Below are positions 42,473-49,115 of a DNA stretch of 64,000 nucleotides, piece after piece; position 1 is the stretch's first letter, and every line of letters begins with the position of its first letter. Both the position numbers and the translations under genes were made by a program. The stretch spans positions 217,115 to 281,114 of the IMG/VR virus record IMGVR_UViG_3300036770_008729. The stretch is one strand, 5' to 3'. The notes under the pieces were generated by a model. That model saw nothing but the letters and a program-made list of their open reading frames with translations. It was not told the DNA's origin and ran no database searches.

Positions 42473-43315
42473 ATGATTAGGTCTACTCTTGGAATAATAA
42501 AAGCAGCATCATCTGTATTAGTCGAATATTTTATAGTTGGTGGAGGTGGTAGTTCCGGTGGTAATGGAGGCGGCGGAGGTGGTGCTGGTGGAGTATTAAT
42601 AGGCAGTGAAACATTATTATCAGGAACTGTTTTAACCATATCTGTTGGAAGTGGAGGAACTCCTTATTCTAATGGAGGTCCTTCTAGTATTATAGGTACC
42701 GGACTTTCTAAAACATCTAGCGGCGGTGGTAGAGGTGGAACAAGAGATGGTTCACCCGGTCTTACAGGGGGAAGTGGAGGTGGAGGTTGTGCATCACAAT
42801 CTCCTCCTGCTGGTCCAGCTGGATTCGCCGGTGTATCTGGTCAAGGTAACTCAGGTGGTAGTGGAACTTCATATGCACTATCCACACAAGCTGCTGGTGG
42901 TGGAGGAGGTGGAAAAGGGTCAGTTGGAACCAATGGTTCGGCAACCCAAGGTGGTAATGGAGGAAATGGTTATTTATTAGTTTGGAATAACACAGGATAT
43001 GCTGGTGGTGGTGCTGGATCGGGTCTAAACTATAGTGGTTTTGGTGGAAAAGCTGGAACTGTACAAGCTGGATATGGTGGGGGTGGTCCTCAGAATGGAA
43101 CAAATGTAGGTAGAGTTAATAGCGGAGGTGGTGGGGGAAGTATCGCTAATGGTTTAGGTGGTGGTGATACTGGAGGAGGATTTGCTGGAGGTTCTGGTGT
43201 AGTTATAATTAGATTAAACACATTAGCTTCATCGACTACTGGTCTTCCTACTATATCAGCGAGTGGTTCTTATACTATATATACTTTCACAGGAGGAGGA
43301 ACAATAACAATATAA
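42473..43315 (+). CDS. Glycine-rich putative virion/fibre protein
   Basis: Paralog of 9585-10433. Confidence 0.7.
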   Translation: MIRSTLGIIKAASSVLVEYFIVGGGGSSGGNGGGGGGAGGVLIGSETLLSGTVLTISVGSGGTPYSNGGPSSIIGTGLSKTSSGGGRGGTRDGSPGLTGGSGGGGCASQSPPAGPAGFAGVSGQGNSGGSGTSYALSTQAAGGGGGGKGSVGTNGSATQGGNGGNGYLLVWNNTGYAGGGAGSGLNYSGFGGKAGTVQAGYGGGGPQNGTNVGRVNSGGGGGSIANGLGGGDTGGGFAGGSGVVIIRLNTLASSTTGLPTISASGSYTIYTFTGGGTITI

Positions 43316-43319
43316 TAAT

Positions 43320-43676
43320 ATGGCTCATTTTGCAAGAATAAATAATAATAATGAAGTAATAGAAGTTGTTGTAATAAATAACGGGGTTTTATTAGATGAT
43401 AATGGATTAGAATCCGAAGTTAAAGGCATTGAGTTCTGTAAAACTCTATATGGGTTAGATAGTAATTGGATACAAACTTCATATAATTCAAAATTCCGTG
43501 GAGTTTTTGCAGGTATAGGTTTTACCTATAATGTAGAGAAAGATGTTTTTACACCACCAAAGCCATTTGAATCTTGGTCATTAAGTAGTGATGGGTTTAC
43601 CTGGTTATCACCAGTTCCTTATCCAAGTGATGGTGGTTTTTATATTTGGAGTGAACAAAACTTAAATTGGATTTAA
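43320..43676 (+). CDS. MAHFA-type partner of Gly-rich protein
   Basis: Paralog of 9216-9569. Confidence 0.7.
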   Translation: MAHFARINNNNEVIEVVVINNGVLLDDNGLESEVKGIEFCKTLYGLDSNWIQTSYNSKFRGVFAGIGFTYNVEKDVFTPPKPFESWSLSSDGFTWLSPVPYPSDGGFYIWSEQNLNWI

Positions 43677-43681
43677 AATTG

Positions 43682-43754
43682 TCGGGAAGACAGGACTTGA
43701 ACCTGCGGCCTCCTGGTCCCAAACCAGGCGATCTACCAACTGATCTACTTCCCG
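43682..43754 (-). tRNA. tRNA-Pro(TGG)
   Basis: CCTGG-TTTGGGA-CCAGG. Confidence 0.9.
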
Positions 43755-43759
43755 AAAAT

Positions 43760-43834
43760 TGGCGGTCTATGACGGTTACGATCCGTCTACTTCTGCGTGA
43801 CAGGCAGATATGATAGCCACTTCACCAATAGACC
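43760..43834 (-). tRNA. tRNA-Asp(GTC)
   Basis: TCTGC-CTGTCAC-GCAGA; encoded CCA; T loop ATCGTAA. Confidence 0.9.
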
Positions 43835-43838
43835 TTAG

Positions 43839-43909
43839 TTGTCAGAGATGGAATCGAACCACCATTTTGTGAGCCAAAATCACATGTCCTCCCTTTAGAC
43901 GACCTGACA
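43839..43909 (-). tRNA. tRNA-Gln(TTG)
   Basis: TGTGA-TTTTGGC-TCACA. Confidence 0.85.
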
Positions 43910-43913
43910 GTAT

Positions 43914-43954
43914 AAAAACAAAAAACCCAGTTAATCTGAGACTAACTGGGTTTT
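43914..43954 (-). terminator. Attenuator terminator 1
   Basis: CCCAGTTAGT-CTCAG-ATTAACTGGG-TTTTTTGTTTT directly before tRNA-Gln. Confidence 0.85.
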
Positions 43955-43974
43955 ACAATGTTTATATTAATATC

Positions 43975-44067
43975 TTAAATTGTAAATACATAGTTAGTCC
44001 TTACGGCACGATCTTGGTCTTGCGGTTGAGGTTGATTAACTGGAGTATTTACAATCATATTTTTCAT
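43975..44067 (-). CDS. Leader peptide 1 (Gln/Pro/Asp sensor)
   Basis: MKNMIVNTPVNQPQPQDQDRAVRTNYVFTI*; antiterminator GACTAACT 43992-43999. Confidence 0.85.
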   Translation of the reverse strand: MKNMIVNTPVNQPQPQDQDRAVRTNYVFTI

Positions 44068-44247
44068 TATAGTATATATTAGAATATTTTCTTTTGTTTA
44101 GACAAATATAGAAAAAGTTTTAAATAAATTGAAATTTTTTTTAAAAAAGACAAAACAAAGAAAAAATAATTGATATATAGTGTATATATTGAAACCCAAT
44201 AAAAGAGGAATATATAAACGGGGTTCTTCTGAAATTCAATATTTATT

Positions 44248-44278
44248 TTTGAAAATTAAAAATTAGTAATTATATTTG
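44248..44278 (+). promoter_or_regulatory. Bacteroidota sigma-70-type promoter
   Basis: TTTG-N19-TATATTTG. Confidence 0.75.
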
Positions 44279-44282
44279 TAAA

Positions 44283-44363
44283 ATGAAAACAACATTAAAC
44301 ATAGCGTGTTATTATGAGGGCGGGAATCCAATTCCGGTCAGACTAACAATTGCAATGTTTTAA
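44283..44363 (+). CDS. Leader peptide 2 (Ile/Ala/Tyr/Glu/Gly sensor)
   Basis: MKTTLNIACYYEGGNPIPVRLTIAMF*; antiterminator GTCAGACT 44337-44344. Confidence 0.85.
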   Translation: MKTTLNIACYYEGGNPIPVRLTIAMF

Positions 44364-44385
44364 GTGTTTCATAAAACAAAACAAT

Positions 44386-44422
44386 AACCCAGTCTGATTA
44401 ATTAGATTGGGTTTTTTGTTTT
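44386..44422 (+). terminator. Attenuator terminator 2
   Basis: AACCCAGTCTGAT...ATTAGATTGGGTT-TTTTGTTTT. Confidence 0.85.
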
Positions 44423-44432
44423 AAACACATTT

Positions 44433-44526
44433 GGGAGGCTTCGCCACAAAGAGTCTGTAAAACTCTTCTTCGTTAACAAAATGGTGGCTGGTCTGGAGTT
44501 TAGAGGTTCGATTCTTCGGTCTCCCA
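44433..44526 (+). tRNA. tRNA-Tyr(GTA), non-canonical (no local D arm)
   Basis: AGAGT-CTGTAAA-ACTCT; acceptor GGGAGGC/GTCTCCC. Confidence 0.7.
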
Positions 44527-44534
44527 CAAAATAT

Positions 44535-44608
44535 AGGTGAGTAGCTTAGATGGTAAAAGCATGTGTCTTATACACACAAGATAGTGGGATCGTTACCCAC
44601 CTCACCTA
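44535..44608 (+). tRNA. tRNA-Ile(TAT)
   Basis: TGTGT-CTTATAC-ACACA; T loop ATCGTTA. Confidence 0.85.
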
Positions 44609-44615
44609 CAGAAAA

Positions 44616-44687
44616 GCGAGTATCGTATAATGGTCATTACTCCAGTCTTCCAAACTGGAGATGTCAGTTCGATTCTGACTACTCGCT
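44616..44687 (+). tRNA. tRNA-Gly(TCC)
   Basis: CCAGT-CTTCCAA-ACTGG. Confidence 0.9.
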
Positions 44688-44694
44688 CTAATTT

Positions 44695-44770
44695 GGGGTT
44701 ACATGTTCCAAGGCTTTGGCGAGACTGCTTTGCAAGCAATCTGTGGTGGGTTCGATTCCCACTAGCTCCA
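44695..44770 (+). tRNA. tRNA-Ala(TGC)
   Basis: G3:U70 pair; loop TTTGCAA; weak D arm. Confidence 0.8.
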
Positions 44771-44883
44771 CAAAAAAAATTGAAAAAAGATTTGGTAGAA
44801 TAAAAAACTCTTCTTATCTTTGTAATCAATTAAAACGAAGGTTGGTAATCTACTGTAAAACTCTGGTTTCCTTCTTAAATAAT

Positions 44884-44955
44884 GGTCCGTTCGTCTAGGG
44901 GTCAGGACGACACCCTTTCACGGTGTAGACACGAGTTCGATTCTCGTACGGACTA
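44884..44955 (+). tRNA. tRNA-Glu(TTC)
   Basis: ACACC-CTTTCAC-GGTGT; extra promoter TTTG-N20-TATCTTTG at 44791-44822. Confidence 0.9.
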
Positions 44956-44957
44956 CA

Positions 44958-45108
44958 GCTCATCAGAGTAATTAACTGATGAAGGAGGAACCGTCTTCGA
45001 AGCGGTAAAATGATTAGAGTGTAGGCTGCACACTGGCTCTTGAGTCTTAGACGCGGGTTTAAGATATCGGAGCCGGAGGTTAAAGGATCGTGTCCTTTTT
45101 AATCAGCA
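44958..45108 (+). ncRNA. Unidentified structured RNA (~150 nt)
   Basis: Helices CATCAG/CTGATG, ACCG/CGGT, TGATTA/TAATCA, GGCTC/GAGCC, TCTTAGAC/GTTTAAGA, AAAGGA/TCCTTT. Confidence 0.55.
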
Positions 45109-45162
45109 AATAAAAAATAAAGAGAGAAAAACTTCTTAATATATAGTAATATAATTAATACA

Positions 45163-45267
45163 ATGAAAAATATGAATCTAAATATCAATTTAATGCTCAC
45201 GGTGGTGAATACGTTATGTATTAGACCTACTGAGGGTGAATTTCTATTTAGAGAATTAAGTATGTAA
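45163..45267 (+). CDS. Leader peptide 3 (Asn/Met/Leu/Ile/Thr/Val/Cys/Arg sensor)
   Basis: MKNMNLNINLMLTVVNTLCIRPTEGEFLFRELSM*. Confidence 0.85.
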   Translation: MKNMNLNINLMLTVVNTLCIRPTEGEFLFRELSM

Positions 45268-45292
45268 AATATTTAACTTTAATAAAGTGATT

Positions 45293-45330
45293 AACCCTTA
45301 GATAGAAAAAATCTAAGGGTTTTTTGTTTT
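45293..45330 (+). terminator. Attenuator terminator 3
   Basis: AACCCTTAGAT-AGAAAAA-ATCTAAGGGTT-TTTTGTTTT. Confidence 0.85.
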
Positions 45331-45335
45331 ATACT

Positions 45336-45407
45336 GGAGTAGTAGCTTAATGGGGAAGCAATCGGCTGTTAACCGATAGATTATAGGTTCGAGTCCTATC
45401 TACTCCG
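45336..45407 (+). tRNA. tRNA-Asn(GTT)
   Basis: ATCGG-CTGTTAA-CCGAT. Confidence 0.9.
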
Positions 45408-45413
45408 CAACAC

Positions 45414-45487
45414 TGATGTGTAGCTCAAATGGTCAGAGCGCGAACCTGATAAGTTCGAGGTAGTGGGATCGTTACCCACCACATCAA
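45414..45487 (+). tRNA. tRNA-Ile(GAT)
   Basis: CGAAC-CTGATAA-GTTCG; T loop ATCGTTA. Confidence 0.9.
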
Positions 45488-45496
45488 CAAATAAAT

Positions 45497-45575
45497 GCCC
45501 CAATAACCGAGGTTGCCTTCTAAGCAACTAATCGTAACGGAGTGGAAGATATAGGTTCGAATCCTATTTGGGGTA
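45497..45575 (+). tRNA. tRNA-Arg(TCT), non-canonical (no local D arm)
   Basis: GTTGC-CTTCTAA-GCAAC; acceptor GCCCCAA/TTGGGGT. Confidence 0.7.
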
Positions 45576-45580
45576 CAAAT

Positions 45581-45661
45581 GCCGAGATGGCGGAACGGTA
45601 GACGCGCTAGTCTTAGGAACTAGTGTCTAAAGGCGTGAGGGTTCGATTCCCTCTCTCGGTA
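45581..45661 (+). tRNA. tRNA-Leu(TAG)
   Basis: CTAGT-CTTAGGA-ACTAG; variable arm. Confidence 0.9.
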
Positions 45662-45668
45662 CAAAAAT

Positions 45669-45741
45669 AGTTCTGTAGCTCAGAGGAACGAGCAACTCGC
45701 TTACATCGAGAAGGTCACTGGTTCGATCCCAGTCAGAACTA
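45669..45741 (+). tRNA. tRNA-Val(TAC)
   Basis: CTCG-CTTACAT-CGAG. Confidence 0.9.
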
Positions 45742-45748
45742 CAAATAT

Positions 45749-45821
45749 GACACTGTGTCTGAATGGCTTAGGTCCCGGTCTGCAAAATCGTGGTATGTCG
45801 GTTCGAATCCGACCAGTGTCT
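45749..45821 (+). tRNA. tRNA-Cys(GCA)
   Basis: Loop CTGCAAA; U73. Confidence 0.85.
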
Positions 45822-45828
45822 CAGATAA

Positions 45829-45900
45829 GCTTCTTAAGCATTAATGGTGATGCGCTAGTCTTGTAAACTAGAGAAATCGGATCGTTACCGGTAAGAAGCT
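45829..45900 (+). tRNA. tRNA-Thr(TGT)
   Basis: CTAGT-CTTGTAA-ACTAG; T loop ATCGTTA. Confidence 0.9.
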
Positions 45901-45906
45901 CAAAAT

Positions 45907-45978
45907 AGTTCTGTAGCTTAATGGTAGAGCACTTCCTTGACATGGAAGAGGTAGTCGGATCGTTACCGACCAGAACTA
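45907..45978 (+). tRNA. tRNA-Val(GAC)
   Basis: CTTCC-TTGACAT-GGAAG; T loop ATCGTTA. Confidence 0.9.
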
Positions 45979-45985
45979 CAAAAAT

Positions 45986-46076
45986 GCTCCAGTGGCGAAA
46001 CCTGGTTGAAACGCATAGGACTTAAAATCCTATACCCTTGAGGTAAACATTGTCGGTTCGAATCCGACCTGGAGTA
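45986..46076 (+). tRNA. tRNA-Leu(TAA)
   Basis: TAGGA-CTTAAAA-TCCTA; variable arm. Confidence 0.9.
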
Positions 46077-46082
46077 CAAAAT

Positions 46083-46152
46083 GCCGCGGCTTAGTGGAAA
46101 AGAACCTAATCTCATAAGTTGGGTTAAATGAGTTCGACCCTCATACGCGGTA
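46083..46152 (+). tRNA. tRNA-Met/Ile2(CAT), compact
   Basis: CTAAT-CTCATAA-GTTGG; short D arm. Confidence 0.7.
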
Positions 46153-46249
46153 CAAAAAATAAATTAAAAATATTTGGTAAATTCAAAACTTCTTCCTTTA
46201 TTTGTGTAAAATAAGAAAACAGAGAAAAACTTTTTAATATATAGAAATT

Positions 46250-46345
46250 ATGACAACAATTCGCTCACATAAACATTTTAGTAAATCGAGTAAGTGGTTT
46301 AATACCCGCAGGTTCGGTACTAATAGCGTATTGTTTAAATTTTAA
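46250..46345 (+). CDS. Leader peptide 4 (Arg/Ser/His/Lys/Phe/Trp sensor)
   Basis: MTTIRSHKHFSKSSKWFNTRRFGTNSVLFKF*; antiterminator GGTTCGG 46311-46317. Confidence 0.85.
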   Translation: MTTIRSHKHFSKSSKWFNTRRFGTNSVLFKF

Positions 46346-46371
46346 TTTAATTATAATAACAATATTCAATT

Positions 46372-46406
46372 AACCCGAACCGTAAAAAGTTCGGGTTTTT
46401 TGTTTT
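46372..46406 (+). terminator. Attenuator terminator 4
   Basis: AACCCGAAC-CGTAAAAA-GTTCGGGTT-TTTTGTTTT. Confidence 0.85.
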
Positions 46407-46417
46407 AAACATATTTT

Positions 46418-46490
46418 GGAATCTAAGCTAATCAGGTGAAAGCACTGGACTGAAAATCCAGAGAGTCCGGATCGTTACCGGAAGATTCCA
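46418..46490 (+). tRNA. tRNA-Phe(GAA)
   Basis: CTGGA-CTGAAAA-TCCAG; T loop ATCGTTA. Confidence 0.9.
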
Positions 46491-46495
46491 CAAAT

Positions 46496-46569
46496 GGTGA
46501 ATGTAGCTCAATTGGTAGAGCGCTTGATTGTGGTTCAAGAGGTAGCGGGATCGTAACCCGTCATTTACC
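46496..46569 (+). tRNA. tRNA-His(GTG)
   Basis: G-1/C73; CTTGA-TTGTGGT-TCAAG; T loop ATCGTAA. Confidence 0.9.
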
Positions 46570-46578
46570 CAAATATAC

Positions 46579-46649
46579 ACACGATACAGACAAGGTGTCG
46601 GTCAGGTCTCCAAAACCTCGATGGGTGAGTTCGATTCTTACATCGTGTG
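46579..46649 (+). tRNA. tRNA-Trp(CCA)
   Basis: AGGT-CTCCAAA-ACCT. Confidence 0.8.
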
Positions 46650-46668
46650 CAAAAAAAAGAATAAGAAA

Positions 46669-46686
46669 ATGAAACGAAAACGTTAA
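46669..46686 (+). CDS. Mini leader MKRKR* followed by hairpin 46686-46715
   Basis: ATG AAA CGA AAA CGT TAA after A-rich tract; precedes tRNA-Lys(TTT) and tRNA-Arg(ACG). Confidence 0.55.
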   Translation: MKRKR

Positions 46687-46727
46687 GTGATGACTAAAGC
46701 TATTAGGTCATCACTCATAAAAAATAT

Positions 46728-46800
46728 GACTTCGTAGCTTAGTAGGTAGAGCACCTGGCTTTTAACCAGGGGGTCGCGAGTTCGAATCTCGCCGGAGTCA
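46728..46800 (+). tRNA. tRNA-Lys(TTT)
   Basis: CCTGG-CTTTTAA-CCAGG. Confidence 0.9.
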
Positions 46801-46812
46801 CAAAAATATAAT

Positions 46813-46947
46813 GGGGATGTAGCTCAGTGGTAGAGTTTTAAAATATCTCTTTTGAGGTTTTACCTCTTGAAAAGGAGTGTTGATTAAAAGAGTTACTTCG
46901 TTTGAATTGAAATCAAAAGGTCGTGGGTTCGAATCCCACCATCCCCG
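46813..46947 (+). tRNA. tRNA (TGA anticodon) with ~60-nt hairpin inserted between D and anticodon arms
   Basis: GGGGATG/CATCCCC, G73; TTTGA-ATTGAAA-TCAAA. Confidence 0.65.
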
Positions 46948-46952
46948 CAAAT

Positions 46953-47025
46953 AGTCTTATCGTCTAATTGGAAAGACGTCTGAATACGAATCAGGAGATT
47001 GAGGGTTCGAGTCCTTCTAAGACTA
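46953..47025 (+). tRNA. tRNA-Arg(ACG)
   Basis: TCTGA-ATACGAA-TCAGG. Confidence 0.85.
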
Positions 47026-47029
47026 CAAT

Positions 47030-47113
47030 GGAGAGCGTCCGGATGGTCGAGGATGGCGTCTTGAAAACGTTCTGGGTGTAATAGCTTCTGGGGTTCGAAT
47101 CCCTAGCTCTCCG
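47030..47113 (+). tRNA. tRNA-Ser(TGA)
   Basis: Loop CTTGAAA; long variable region; G73. Confidence 0.85.
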
Positions 47114-47118
47114 CAAAA

Positions 47119-47204
47119 GGAAAATAAACTAATCAGGGTATTAGTCACGATTGGAAATCGTTGAGTTCGTTAATTTGGATGTGGTTCGAGTCCACTGTTT
47201 TCCG
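47119..47204 (+). tRNA. tRNA-Ser(GGA)
   Basis: ACGA-TTGGAAA-TCGT; G73. Confidence 0.8.
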
Positions 47205-47208
47205 CTAA

Positions 47209-47295
47209 GGAAGATTGACCGAGAGGTAAGGTACCAGTTTGCTAAACTGAGGTTAGGTCTTAAAGCCTAGACAGGATCGTTACCTGTATCTTCCG
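47209..47295 (+). tRNA. tRNA-Ser(GCT)
   Basis: CAGT-TTGCTAA-ACTG; T loop ATCGTTA. Confidence 0.85.
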
Positions 47296-47371
47296 CATTT
47301 TGATACAATCTATTTTTTTATAATAATTATAATATTATATATACATAACTAAAATAACTTTAGTTTAAATT

Positions 47372-47917
47372 ATGAAATACTTAAAATTATTTGAAGACTT
47401 AGAAGAAGACAACTCAAAATATCTTATCGAATTATCATCTGCTAATAGCAGAGGTATTATGGATATGACTAATCCATCAGAATCAATTAAAAAAGGTGCT
47501 GAAGAATGGTGGTCACTTAATGTTGATGCTATCGTTAAATTAGAAATGTATAATAGATACAAGAATTTATCAAATGATATTTTAACAAAACTAATTGGAT
47601 GTAGAAGTGATGTTTATAAATTTGGTCCAAGTTATCTAAGAGCTATTGGTGATTTATCTGAACAAGATATAAAAAGATTTAGATTTACCGGAACTTCTGA
47701 TAAAAACTGTGAAGATACTTATAAGATACTATCCAGAGTTGTAAAGAAGTTCAAGAGAATGAAATTAGACCAGAAAATTTCTTTTTTTGGTGAATTAGAA
47801 AGTGATGAGTTTTTAATTGTAAGAAATTCATATATCTATAAAGTAGTAGATGGGAAGAATCTAATGAATGAAGTCATGGGTATATCAAACAAATTAGATA
47901 TTATATCTCAGGAATAA
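47372..47917 (+). CDS. N-terminal-tag family protein
   Basis: MKYLKLFED. Confidence 0.6.
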   Translation: MKYLKLFEDLEEDNSKYLIELSSANSRGIMDMTNPSESIKKGAEEWWSLNVDAIVKLEMYNRYKNLSNDILTKLIGCRSDVYKFGPSYLRAIGDLSEQDIKRFRFTGTSDKNCEDTYKILSRVVKKFKRMKLDQKISFFGELESDEFLIVRNSYIYKVVDGKNLMNEVMGISNKLDIISQE

Positions 47918-48002
47918 GTATGAAGCATTCAAGAGATAGAGAATATGTTATTGAATTATGGAGTAGGTGTGGAAAATATATGGGCGGTTCTACAATAGGT
48001 TA

Positions 48003-48377
48003 TTACCATCTTCCTAAAGATTTTAACCAATCAAATGATTCTCTTACCTCACCAGTTTCACACCAATGGTTCCAATTATCTCTTAGTCCATCAGTTGGAT
48101 AGTTTAGGGCAGAACCATTATGTCTAGTTACATAAGACATAATTGATTCTGTATGTATGGAGAAATGCCTATATTCGTTTTCACCACAACCACAGGCGGT
48201 TGAACTACCGTTATTAAATTCCCAAGTAAGAGGTTTCAGATTGCAATTAGGACACTCTTTCCATTCAGATGGTCTATCCGGTATTTTATAGGCAGATATG
48301 GCTTTATGCCTACCTTGTAAAAGGTCGATTTTCATATCTCTGGTAAAGACAGAATTTCCATAGTTATCTACATTCAT
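48003..48377 (-). CDS. Zinc-finger-containing hypothetical protein
   Basis: CPNC...CGC. Confidence 0.6.
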   Translation of the reverse strand: MNVDNYGNSVFTRDMKIDLLQGRHKAISAYKIPDRPSEWKECPNCNLKPLTWEFNNGSSTACGCGENEYRHFSIHTESIMSYVTRHNGSALNYPTDGLRDNWNHWCETGEVRESFDWLKSLGRW

Positions 48378-49055
48378 TTATAATTCGAATATATTTCCGT
48401 TACTACTTAACTTACCAAACTTGCCATCAGTCACAACAGTTCCATTACTAAAAATGGTATCAGCGATACTTAGTTTCATAGTTCCTGAATTTATGATATC
48501 CTCACAATTGTGAATGTGCCCAAATAAACAAAGTTTAGGATTTAGACTAATCATCTTCTTTTTTAGAGCAGAATCTCCACAAAATTCTAGTTCATTCTGA
48601 ACATTATAAGATAGGTCTAAAACACCTTTTGGTGGACCGTGACAAATAACTATGTCAGTTCCATCTGGAATTTTACTCCAAACTTCGTGAGTTTTTGCTC
48701 GATTTTTATTGAAAGCCCAACCAGTTCCAAAAGTGGGAGTGATTGGTGAACCCCAAATTTTTATACCTTCAATTTCAGTGAAATCATTCTCTAAATAGAT
48801 AATACCATTAGAAGCAAAATCTAATTTAGTGATTAGTTTCTTTTCGATAGAGGTATCGTGATTACCAGCAACAAATACTTTATATTTGATTGGCAGTTTA
48901 CTAAGCCAGTAGATAAAGTTTTCCATTTCAGCCTTATTAGAATAAGGTTCTTTTGGATTAGTTGCATCACCACTGTGAATAACTATATCTATATTTTCGG
49001 GTATAGTAAGTAGACCGTGAAAGGTGTGAGTATCGGATATGTGCCAGATTTTCAT
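48378..49055 (-). CDS. Calcineurin-like metallophosphoesterase
   Basis: SDTH, HSGD, GNHD, HGPP, GHIH; start reassigned to MKIWH. Confidence 0.9.
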   Translation of the reverse strand: MKIWHISDTHTFHGLLTIPENIDIVIHSGDATNPKEPYSNKAEMENFIYWLSKLPIKYKVFVAGNHDTSIEKKLITKLDFASNGIIYLENDFTEIEGIKIWGSPITPTFGTGWAFNKNRAKTHEVWSKIPDGTDIVICHGPPKGVLDLSYNVQNELEFCGDSALKKKMISLNPKLCLFGHIHNCEDIINSGTMKLSIADTIFSNGTVVTDGKFGKLSSNGNIFEL

Positions 49056-49115
49056 AATACAAATATAAGGAGTAATTTCGGTGAAACAAATTAATATATA
49101 CAAAAAAATAAATTT

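Noticed and set aside
44695-44770. tRNA-Cys reading of the TTGCAA loop
   Set aside because: Stem register gives anticodon TGC and the acceptor has G3:U70, so Ala.
44602-44898. ORFs 44602-44829 and 44716-44898
   Set aside because: They overlap clear tRNA genes; spurious.
44958-45010. Hammerhead ribozyme (CTGATGA)
   Set aside because: No stem II closed before a GAAA and no matching stem III; similar partial match near 26790-26840 also fails.
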